From an uncultured Pseudomonadota bacterium (GTDB taxonomy: Bacteria > Desulfobacterota > Binatia > Binatales > Binataceae): a stretch of DNA of 64,000 bases. Shown piece after piece: positions 18,674 to 27,901 of this stretch; the first letter of the stretch is position 1, and every line of letters begins with the position of its first letter. The notes under the pieces are model-generated. The model ran no database searches. It saw nothing but the letters and a program-made list of their open reading frames with translations, and was not told the origin of the DNA. The stretch spans positions 1 to 64,000 of the forward strand of contig CAWDQC010000010.1 in NCBI GenBank assembly GCA_963804355.1, in the 5' to 3' direction. The position numbers and the translations under genes were made by a program.

Positions 18674-21600
18674 AGCTACTCTGCTAACTCCTCAAGCAGC
18701 GCCTTGGCGTCCTTCAAATCGGCGGTGTCGAAGCCTTCGGTGAACCAGTTGTAGATCTCAGCGAGCATCGTGCGCGCTTCGTCGCGGCGATTGGTATCGA
18801 AAGCAATCGTGCGAGACTGGTCGTCGCGCGCAACTCAAGCGATTTCGCCCCTTGGCTACGCGCGACTTCGATTGCAGAACGAAAGACTGATCAGCTTCTA
18901 TTTCCGCATCGTCCCTGCCGTTCAATAAGAGCTCGCCTCTGAGTCTTCGCATCTCGGCTTCAAACAGCCTGGTTCCTGTGCGCTGTACCAATTCGAGCCC
19001 CTCAGTCACCGCGTCGAGTCCGTCCCCTGGGCGGCCGGCGGCCAAGTAAGCTTCTGCTATCCCTACAGACGTGAAAAATGCAGTGTCAGCTCCGGTGCTC
19101 TTCATGTAAGTTAGTCCATCGCAGCATTTCGGAGAGCCCTTCTTCGATCTGTCCCAACTGTGCCACGGCCCGACCGTGATTGAACGCCGCCGGAATGCCC
19201 ATCAAAAAACCATATTCCTGGCCTAGCCTGAGGGCTTCGTCGGAGTGTGAAGCGGCGGTCTTCGGATCTCTGAGCAGCAGGCTTGAGAGCGCAGAAAGGG
19301 TTAACGCCATAGCCAAGTCCCCAAGGGAGGCCGTTACTTCGCGACCGATGGCTAGCGATTTCCTGTCACTGGCCTGGGCTTGTTCAGGATAACCCAAAAG
19401 CCACAACGCATAGCTCTTGGTCGACCAAAAATTTATTGCCTCAAATGACTTTGTCCCAACCGGAAGCTCGGAAACCCGATCGAACCGCTTTAAGGCTGTG
19501 ATGAGGTTACCATCGAATGTGGAGGCGATTGCTAGTTCGCACCAGGCGCGCGCGCCCAATTCTGAGTTGGCTGCGCCTCTAGCGATTTCTTGAAGTGCGT
19601 TAAGCAATGTAGCCGATTTTTGTTGATCGTCTCCTCGGAGTCGATATGCGAATACGAGCGATCGCAGAACTTCAAAACGGATGTCGTCGTCGCCACCTTT
19701 CTCGGAGAGCTCGCGCGCAGACTCTAAGATCTCGACAGTTGCCGAGGAGCTGCCAATATAGGTCCGGCAGCGCGCCCGACTAACTAGCAGTGCGAGCTCG
19801 GTTCGAGTCCGCTCCGCATCATCCGGTAGCGTCTGGAGCAGCTCGACAGCGGCGGCGAGCTGACCTTCGGCTTGCGGAAAGGCTGATCGATTCATTGCCT
19901 GCTGCGCAGCCAGCCGCAGATAGCTCACCGCCTTTGGCGCATTGCCGCTGCGTCCATAATGGTGCGCGAGGTCATCATAGTGATCGGCAAGACTCTTAGC
20001 GAACAGCGATTCGGATGCCATCGCAGCGCGCTCGTGTAAGAGTTTGCGGCGCTCAATCAACAGCGAGCTGTAGGCAACCTCCTGCGTAAGAGCGTGCTTG
20101 AAAATATATTGGATATCGCCCGTGGCCGGTTGCTCGTAAATGAATTCTCCCAGTTGCAGGCCATCGAGCAGTCGATTGAGTTCCCCACTTGATTTTGCGA
20201 CCACTGCGCGAATCAGCGACAGTGGAAATTGACGCCCAGTCACAGCCAGCGTTTGCAGCAGCTCTTTGGCGTCGGCGGGCAGTCGATCGATGCGCGCGCG
20301 AGAATCCCCTGCACCGTCGATGGAATCGTGAGCGTGTCAAGTGGCTTGGTCAGCCTTGACTCCGCACCATCACGAACCAGCACACCCTCGTCGATCAGCA
20401 CCTGAACTATTTCTTCCATGAAGAACGGGTTGCCTTCGGTGTGTTCAATGATCAGCTGCCTCAGCGGCATCAGATCGTTGGCGTCGCCCAAAAGCGCCGC
20501 CAGCATCTCGTTGGTGCCCTCTTTGTCCAGTGGATCGAGGCGCAACTGGGTATAATAAGTTTTACTATTCCATTGATGTGAGTATTCGTGGCGGTAATTC
20601 ACCAGTAGCAACAGCTTCGCGGTGCCGAGCGAATCGGCCAGCAGATTGAGGAACTCCTGGGTTGCCTCGTCGATCCAGTGCAAGTCCTCGAAGATCACCA
20701 TCAGCGGCTGATTCAGGCTCTCGCGCAGCAATACGCGCTTGATCGCCTCGTAAGTGCGGCGCCGCAAAATCTCGCGGTCCATCTGCGCCAGCGCGGCATC
20801 GTTCTCGGCGATTCCCAGTAACGCGTAAAAATAAGGCAGCGTGTCCTCGAGGCTGCGGTCCAGGATTACGATTCTGCCCGCGACCTTTTCGCGCCGTTGA
20901 CGGGCGTCGTCTTCAGGCACGATGCGGAAGTAATCGCGCAGCAGTTCAATTACCGGCAGATAGGCCGAGGCCTTCCCATGCGAGATCGAGTAGGCCTCCA
21001 CTATCAGAGAATCCGTGTGCGACAGCGCCTTGAATTCGAAGAACAGCCGCGATTTGCCAACACCGGGTTCGCCAACAGCCGCAACCATTTGCCCATGACC
21101 CGTGCGCGCTAGTTCCAGCGCATGCTTCATCCGTAGCAGCTCAGCCTCGCGACCTACGAACCTTGTCAGCCCACGGCCTGCCGCGCGCTGCAATCTCGTT
21201 CGCAGCGGCCCAAGCCCAGTCACTTCATACACATTGACCGGCTCGCCGACGCCTTTGACCTTCGTCGCGCCCAGCGGCTTCAGCACGAAATAACCCTCGC
21301 ATAACTTGCGCGTAGTCTCGCTGACGGCGACAGAGCCGACAGGCGCGGCGGACTGCATCCGTGAGGCAAGGTTGGTCGTATGACCGATCGGCGTGTACTC
21401 CGTCTGCCCGGCGCCCGTGTGAATTGAACGCACCACGACCTCACCCGTGTTGATCCCTATGCGACCCTGAATCGGGCTACTTCCTTCCGCGACCACTTTC
21501 GCCGAATACCGTTTCAGCTCCTCTTGCAGCTTGAGCGCGGCATAGAGGCCCGCTGCGGATGGTCCTCATGGGCGACGGGCGCGCCGAACAGGGCGAAGAT

Positions 21601-22026
21601 ACCGTCGCCGGTCGATTGCACCACATATCCGTCGTACCGCTGGACCGCTTCGATCATCAGCTGCAGGGCTGGATCGATGATCGTGCGAGCCTCTTCGGGG
21701 TCGAGGTCAGCCATCAGCTCGGTCGAGCCCTTGATATCCGCGAACAGCGCCGTGATCGTTTTACGCTCACCATCACTGGTTGCCGGTGCGCCCGGCTCAT
21801 CAGACCTGAATCGAATCCCGGAAGTGGTTGAATTGGTCTCGGATAATTGTGCAGCGCTTACATGTCTGGAGGGAACAAGCGTCGCCGCCCCGCAGGCGCC
21901 ACAGAATCGCTTACCGAAGGGATTCTCTGCCCTGCACTTCGGGCAGACGTTGGGAAGCGATGCTCCACAATCGCCGCAAAAGCGATTGTTGTCAGGATTC
22001 TCGGCGTTGCAGCTTGAGCACCGCAA
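18674..22026 (-). CDS. Large signalling protein: N-terminal double zinc ribbon + class-III adenylate/guanylate cyclase domain + AAA/STAND NTPase + TPR repeats; frameshifted in three or more places
   Basis: ORF 21514-22026 has the Zn-ribbons ([19 protein letters not shown]…[19 protein letters not shown]) and the cyclase start ([14 protein letters not shown]…). ORF 20240-21496 has the cyclase end (GINTGEVVV) and a Walker A (GEPGVGKS). ORF 19086-20243 carries TPR-like repeats. The C-terminal frame to 18674 ends …[28 protein letters not shown], typical of this family. Confidence 0.7.
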
Positions 22027-22291
22027 TGGGTCCCCCCCAAGAAGAACAGCAGATAGCTTCTACCACGAACTTGGCCTAAGGGTCTTCTGATCGGGTTATT
22101 CGTTGACGGGCACTTAGCGACCCCGGGGTTGGGCGCAGACGGCGGCCAAGTCAGCCTGGCTAATCGGCAACACGAGTCAGCTACGCAAAGCGTTGCAGCG
22201 CCGTGGGGTAAGCGAGTACTCGGCTTCGTAGGTCCGTCGGTTGAGAAATCCCAGCAGATGTCTAGCACCTACAAGAGTCTTCTTGCACGTT

Positions 22292-22700
22292 CTATATTTT
22301 TCCGAGCGCCCGAAGTATTGGTGCTGTATCCTCGAAGATCGTCAGCTGCACGACCATGCCATTCTCAAACCTGAAGAGATGGACTTTGGAGATCTCGAAG
22401 AAGGTACCGGTCGCCTTGATGCGAGTGCGTTCGGACAGCACCACCGCCACGGAGTCGCCCTGAGCAATAAATTGTTGAGGCTCCAAACGTTCGTATTCCA
22501 GGGTCTGGGTTATTCCTACAAAAAATTCGGCTAGCCCTTGCGGACCTCTACGACTGCCCGCCCACGGCCAGGTTGGCCTGCGGCATCGGATGTTGGAATT
22601 CGAGGCTGTCCGCGAACGGGGCGAGCACCGAGTTCATGTCGCCTCGGGCAAATGCCGAGTAGATACCATGCACTATCTCGACGTTATCTCGTTCGTCCAT
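22292..22700 (-). CDS. SnoaL-like / NTF2-like (ketosteroid-isomerase-fold) small protein; one frameshift near 22545
   Basis: The N-terminal frame MDERDNVEIVHGIYSAFARGDMNSVLAPFADSLEFQHP… continues in ORF 22292-22486 (…FENGMVVQLTIFEDTAPILRALGKI). The size and pattern are typical of the NTF2-like superfamily. Confidence 0.5.
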
Positions 22701-22803
22701 CGGCTCTTCTACACTTTTCTACGTTTTGAAGCTTCCCCGAGCGATCGATAGGACGCCGCTACGCATCGCACATGCCGCCTTCGACGGAGAGTCCGGCAAT
22801 CCC

Positions 22804-24024
22804 TTAGTGCTTCTCCATTTTGTTAAGCCGAATCTTACCGTCCTTGATTACCATCGCTACGTTTCGTAGGTCTCCAATCTTGGTGGTCGGGTCGCCATCA
22901 ACGATAATCAGGTCCGCAATCCGTCCGGGTGCGATCGTGCCGAGGGCGTTGTTACCCAGATGCACGCCAGCGTTCTTGGTTGCCATCTCCAGGACTTTCT
23001 GCGGCGCAATTCCGGCCGCTACCGAACGTTCCGCTTCGACAATTGTGTTTTCCCCAAAGCTGCCGAAGCCGCAAAAGCTGTCGGTGCCCAGTGCGACTCG
23101 CACGCCCGCGTCTGCGATTCGCTTGAGATTGCCATACCTGATCTCGGGACGTCTGCTCGTCGATCGCGAGTAACCAGAGCGTCGGTACATAGGAGGCGTT
23201 ATTTCGCGGCGGACAGTCGATCACGCGGTTCCCCTTCATCTCTCTGAAGAATCCCGTGCTTCAGACCATCGCTCCTGCTTCCAGCGCTTCGATCGCAGCC
23301 TCCTCGTCAAAAGTATGCACGGTGGCCTTCAGCCCGTGCTTGTGGGCTTCGTCGATGATCGCTTCCAACACCGCTCTGTCCAACCGCAGTATTTGGAGAT
23401 TGAGTCCCAGGGCATCGATCTTCATGAAATACGGCGCACCATGCCTGCAACCGCCCTGATGAACGACCTTGATTGCATCGACTTTCTTTTCCGCCAATCG
23501 CTTCACCGCTTCTCGAGCCTTCTGCGGCGAATCGGTTTCTACGACTGTCCGGGTGCGTAACCATGGGTTTTGCCCAACGACGGTTGTGGCAGGATGGCTA
23601 TCAGGAGCGCAAAAGCCGGGCCCGGTTGCATACAGAGATGGACCGATGAGCTCTCCGCCGGTCAGCATCTGCCGCACACGCAAATATGATCCTCCGAGTC
23701 GCCTACCGATTTGACGGTCGTAACGCCTGCTGCCAGGAATGCGTTGAGACGCTTGGGCAGTTCATTGGCGATGTCAGCTGCCATCATCGCTTCATCTTTC
23801 GCGGTCCACATATTGAGCAGATGAATGTGACAGTCGATCAGTCCCGGCATCAGAAATCGTCCGCCTGCATCTATCTCTTGTGCGGCTTGAACAGCTCAGT
23901 TCGCAACAAAACTGATCCTATCTCCGGTTACGCCAATGCTCAGTCCTTCCCGCAAAGTCGCACCATCAAAGATTCGTGCGTTTTTTACTAAGAGGTCACA
24001 TGCCAGCCGATTTTCTTCCGACAT
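22804..24024 (-). CDS. Amidohydrolase-family metal-dependent hydrolase (imidazolonepropionase/aryldialkylphosphatase-like), broken by three or more frameshifts
   Basis: The N-terminus is MSEENRLACDLLVKNARIFDG…, followed by the metal-binding HxH motif (PGLIDCHIHL). ORF 23261-23683 is the central barrel (…IKVVHQGGCRHGAPYFM…). The C-terminus is LGTDSF…IADLIIVDGDPTTKI (ORF 22804-23190). Confidence 0.6.
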
Positions 24025-24422
24025 AGAATCCTCCCAAGAAGCTGTGCGCCAGGTCCGTTTTAGGCCACTACTTGTCGCCTAAGAATCAGTCCGACTTATA
24101 ACTACAACTGCATTACCTAGCAATGTCGCCTTAATCCGTGGCTCCAACATAAGGAATCGAGCGGTGCTCAGACTTCGTTACAGCTGGAAAGCGACGGTCG
24201 AAATTTCTGAGACTTGCCTAGCTCGAGCTCTACCAGACTGCGGAAAAATTAGTTACAAATTGTTCACTCGGTAGTTGCGCTGTGAGTGGATCCGGGGGAT
24301 TAGGGCCTGTTACTCGTGACGCGAGGTATCACGGATCGGATCCTTGCGTCTTGCGAATTTATAGCAAATCCGGCCGTGAAAATCGTCGCGTAGACAGCCT
24401 CACCGGACGTCATGGGACCGTT

Positions 24423-24887
24423 CTATAGACGCCGCGACATTGCCATATTGTTACCTCGAAATCCGAACCTCTCGTAAAGCATCCTTGCGCGGTGATTCGT
24501 TGGACTCACTTCGAGCGCGAGGGCGACCGGTTTCGGAAACCAAAGCGATGTCTCATGCGCGAGGCGTTCGAGAAGATCAGTGGCTAAGCCGTGTCCGCGA
24601 TGGCTTTCATCGATGAACAACTCATCAACGTGCAGGACTTCCCCGCCGAACTCGTTGGACCAGAACGAGATCAACAAAGCGTAACCGACTATGGTGCCAC
24701 CCATCTCACAAACGACGGCGCGACCGCGGCCAGGTTCCTCTCGGAGTTTTACAAGCGTGCGTCCGACTTGATCGGAACTTACAGGGACGAGACCAGGATC
24801 ATCGACGTTTAACGCTATGCACATCGAAACAATAGCGTCGTCATCTGTTGGAATCGCAGGGCGCCAAACGATCCCATTTGTCCTCAT
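24423..24887 (-). CDS. GNAT-family N-acetyltransferase
   Basis: GNAT motif A region …HRGHGLATDLLERLAHE… and a C-terminal YERFGF. The start is taken at MRTNGIVWRPAIPTDDDA within ORF 24423-25016. Confidence 0.75.
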   Translation of the reverse strand: MRTNGIVWRPAIPTDDDAIVSMCIALNVDDPGLVPVSSDQVGRTLVKLREEPGRGRAVVCEMGGTIVGYALLISFWSNEFGGEVLHVDELFIDESHRGHGLATDLLERLAHETSLWFPKPVALALEVSPTNHRARMLYERFGFRGNNMAMSRRL

Positions 24888-25098
24888 TTTTTCGCAGCAA
24901 TCGGTCGAAAAGCGAAGATCAAGCAAGACCACCGCAGGCATCAGTGCGTCAATGGATAGCCTGCAAGGATGTCTATAAAAATACCAAAAGAATGTTCCAG
25001 TGACTCCGTCCGCCAAATTGAGACTGACGAGGACTCTCTGTTTGTTACCTATCTCGCGCTTATTCGCACGCTGATCTCAACTTCAGCCTCAGTTCATG

Positions 25099-25467
25099 CT
25101 ACCTGCGCACGGGCAGTTGTCGTGTCGGCGTATGACCAGACTCCGGCGACAAAGACTCTACCCGACACTCTCTCACGACCCGAAGGACAGCCTCGCTGCA
25201 ACCGATCTCTTGGCAGCGGGCCATGGTGAACTTGGTCGGCTCCTGGTCGTCGAAGGTCACGCGTTGCTTGCCTCCGAGGCTGACGAGCACCGGGGAAATC
25301 TCGACTCGGCCATTCCCTGTTTCCACAGAGAGGGTCACTGGCCGCCGGGCGGAGATTTTGTCGGAACCAGAAATCCGCAATCGTTCCTGCACCAGCGTTT
25401 TGCCCTTGGTGTCGATGAAATACACCAGGACCTCGCCCGGACCATTGATGATGATTTCCATTTGCAT
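25099..25467 (-). CDS. Hypothetical protein (122 aa), downstream gene of a two-gene unit
   Basis: ORF MQMEIIINGPGEVLVYFIDTKGKTLVQERLRISG…. It is beta-rich, has no recognised domain, and its start lies 8 bp from the upstream gene's stop. Confidence 0.35.
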   Translation of the reverse strand: MQMEIIINGPGEVLVYFIDTKGKTLVQERLRISGSDKISARRPVTLSVETGNGRVEISPVLVSLGGKQRVTFDDQEPTKFTMARCQEIGCSEAVLRVVRECRVESLSPESGHTPTRQLPVRR

Positions 25468-25475
25468 TGCCCTTC

Positions 25476-25925
25476 TTACGTCTCGTCAAAATAGGCGTGC
25501 ACACCCAACCTTCGTGCGACCTGGAGGTTGGCCTGAGGGGAATTGAATCCTACGTCCCTTACTTCCAAAATCACCGCAAGCCCATTGGCGAATGCGGGGG
25601 AGGGAACATGCGACGGGGCGAGGAAATCCACTTCTTGCACGTCGCCCTCATTTGACCAAAACAGCCGCAGTGTCGCGAAGCCGGTGGTGGATTCGGCAAT
25701 TGGGATGGCGCTGCTGTCGCCTGCTACGCCGCCCATCTTTTGGACCGCGATTTCACGCACCGTGATGGTGCCGGAATTCAGAAATTCGAATACCTCAGCG
25801 AATAGAGGCGCTATCGTCGTTACCTCTTGACTAAGCTGCTGGTCGCAAATGAATTGCAGCATATTACTGCCTTGTGCCATCGCGTCCTCCATGACGACCA
25901 ATTTTTTCGCGCCAAATGCTACCAT
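25476..25925 (-). CDS. Hypothetical protein (~137-149 aa), upstream gene of a two-gene unit
   Basis: ORF …MEDAMAQGSNMLQFICDQQLSQEVTTIAPLFAEVFEFLN…LRLFWSNEGDVQEVDF…. A vague resemblance to GyrI-like/effector-binding folds is unsupported. Confidence 0.35.
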   Translation of the reverse strand: MVAFGAKKLVVMEDAMAQGSNMLQFICDQQLSQEVTTIAPLFAEVFEFLNSGTITVREIAVQKMGGVAGDSSAIPIAESTTGFATLRLFWSNEGDVQEVDFLAPSHVPSPAFANGLAVILEVRDVGFNSPQANLQVARRLGVHAYFDET

Positions 25926-26209
25926 GCCGGTGGCGGTTAAACACCACGAGCAGAGTCGCGAGCCGCGCAGGTGCCGAACCTATCGCCCCGTACAGTTCAG
26001 GTTCTCAATCGATGTGAGATTGGAACCAAAAACTCACTTTTGTGATTGTGCGATCGGAATTTGCCCCGGTTTCCCACCAACAGCCGATAGCCATCGAGCG
26101 CTAGCTCACGTCGCTAGTCCTCCCTCCGGGGATCGCGCGATGATGCGAGAGGGCATCGGATAGTAGTAGATAGTTGATGAAGTGGGCATTCTTGTTTCTT
26201 AGAAAACCA

Positions 26210-26887
26210 TCACTCCTTGAAAAGTAGCATCTGCCGCTGGTTGCTTTTGTTGCTGGACAACCGCAAGGCCGGTTCTGCGGTGAGCAGATCCGTTGGCGCC
26301 GGAGCGAGCAGCCGCTTCAACGATACGGGATTTTCTTCTCGAGGGTTCATCCAGTCCTCGGCCCCCTCCTCATCGAGGACCACGGGCATTCGATCGTGAA
26401 TCTCACGCATCATTTCATTTGCCGCGCAGGTCACAATGGTGAATGTGCACTCCGAGCGGTCAGGTGCCGGATGCCAGCTTTCATATAATCCAGCAAACAG
26501 CATCAGCTCTCCATTAGGTGAATGAATCCAGAGCGGCCGTCGGTCTTTCTTCGGACCCGTCCATTCATAGAAGCCGTCGGCCGGAACCACGCAGCGACGT
26601 TGATGGAAAGCTTCTCGAAAAATCGGTCGCTGCTCGATAGTCTCGGCTCTCGCGTTGATGTATTTGCTGGCCTGCCGGTTGTCCCGAGCCCAACGGTTGA
26701 CCAGCCCCCACCGAGCGACGCATGCTCGACGGCGTTCATACTCTACGGTGACAATGAAATGCGAATCAGTCGGTGCGATATTGTGCTGAGCCTTGTAGCA
26801 GGTCGCAACGTCACCGTCGCCATGCAATCCAAGCTTGCCGGCGACTTTTTGCCAATTCTCCCAGGTGAGAGAAAACCGTCCGCACAT
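26210..26887 (-). CDS. SOS-response-associated peptidase (SRAP; YedK/HMCES family abasic-site processing protein)
   Basis: Starts MCGRFSL (catalytic Cys2). Conserved SRAP blocks are present (…NIAPTDSHFIV…NARAETIEQRPIFREAFHQRRCVVPADGFYEW…HDRMPVVLD…). Confidence 0.85.
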   Translation of the reverse strand: MCGRFSLTWENWQKVAGKLGLHGDGDVATCYKAQHNIAPTDSHFIVTVEYERRRACVARWGLVNRWARDNRQASKYINARAETIEQRPIFREAFHQRRCVVPADGFYEWTGPKKDRRPLWIHSPNGELMLFAGLYESWHPAPDRSECTFTIVTCAANEMMREIHDRMPVVLDEEGAEDWMNPREENPVSLKRLLAPAPTDLLTAEPALRLSSNKSNQRQMLLFKE

Positions 26888-27328
26888 TTGAAGCCTATAC
26901 CTTCGAAAGTAGTTCCTTAACGCTTTGCCTTGGAGTCATCTCGGCCGGCTGCCAGCCACGTCTGCAGGATGTCAGTCAAAAAAGGAAGTGAGTGGAGCTG
27001 CACCGGGTCGCCCACTACGACGAGCTGGCCGCCGCGTGCGACCGCACCTAGCGCCTCTTTGGGTCGCATCTGGATGCTTCGTCAATCAACACGACATCGA
27101 AGCGAAGCCGGTTTGGCTTTGGCGTGCCCCGCAACTTACCCGCGTTTATGCGTAGAGTACGGGGTTGGTGTGTGCCCCAGGTAGGGCGGTGGGGTAAGGG
27201 ACGTCAACGGTTGCAAGCCGGGGCTAACCACAGACCGTGAACCGCGAACTTCCCGTATTGCGCCACCTGCCTATTTGGCACCAGTCGATCAGGCACAGTT
27301 CTGAGGATCTGATAAGTGCTTTATTTCA

Positions 27329-27404
27329 TTGGTGGGCGGTGCAGGTTTCGAACCTGCGACCCCCGGCTTGTAAGGCCGATGCTCTACCGCTGAGCTAACC
27401 GCCC
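27329..27404 (-). tRNA. tRNA-Val (anticodon TAC), includes encoded CCA
   Basis: The reverse complement reads GGGCGGTTAGCTCAGCGGTAGAGCATCGGCCTTACAAGCCGGGGGTCGCAGGTTCGAAACCTGCACCGCCCACCA. It has a cloverleaf with D-arm AGCTCAGCGGTAGAGC, anticodon loop CTTACAA (TAC) and a T-arm GGTTCGAAACC. Confidence 0.85.
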
Positions 27405-27560
27405 GTATCCTGGGTGAATCCGCCGAGGAGGCCTCTCCGGGACCCATGGGTCGTGCGGGTGAAACAGGCCACGACCCGATTGGAAAGCAGTCCGGATCAT
27501 TCATGAATCTCAACGTCGCCCGGGCGCAGGGGCGGGCGCGACTCGCGGCGCGAGTGCAGC

Positions 27561-27869
27561 CTACGCAGACGTGCTGGCCTGGTCGGGACCGGCCTCATCA
27601 TTCAAGGAGTCTTTCAGCTGCTTGCCGGGTTTGAACTTCGCGGAACGGCTGGCTGAAATCTCGATCGATTCGCCGGTCTTGGGATTTCGCCCTGTACGCG
27701 CCTGGCGGGTTGAGACAGAAAAAGTGCCGAAGCCAGAGATATTTACACGCTCACCCTGTTTAAGCGCGTTTATGATGTCGTCGAGGACGATATTAACCGC
27801 CTTCTCGGCTTCGTTCTTGTTCAGACCGAGTTTGTTAGCCAAACCTTCGATCATATCGGCTTTGGTCAT
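27561..27869 (-). CDS. hupB: HU-family DNA-binding protein
   Basis: MTKADMIEGLANKLGLNKNEAEKAVNIVLDDI…GFGTFSVSTRQARTGRNPKTGESIEISA… is a classic HU beta-arm signature. Confidence 0.9.
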   Translation of the reverse strand: MTKADMIEGLANKLGLNKNEAEKAVNIVLDDIINALKQGERVNISGFGTFSVSTRQARTGRNPKTGESIEISASRSAKFKPGKQLKDSLNDEAGPDQASTSA

Positions 27870-27901
27870 GAGCCCGCTCCCGGCGACCCTCCGCCCCCCG
27901 G

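Noticed and set aside
27400-27560. Possible rho-independent terminator downstream of hupB (GGGTCGTG…CACGACCC)
   Set aside because: The stem is present but the loop is long (about 14 nt) and there is no clear U-tract on the transcribed strand. Too weak to call.
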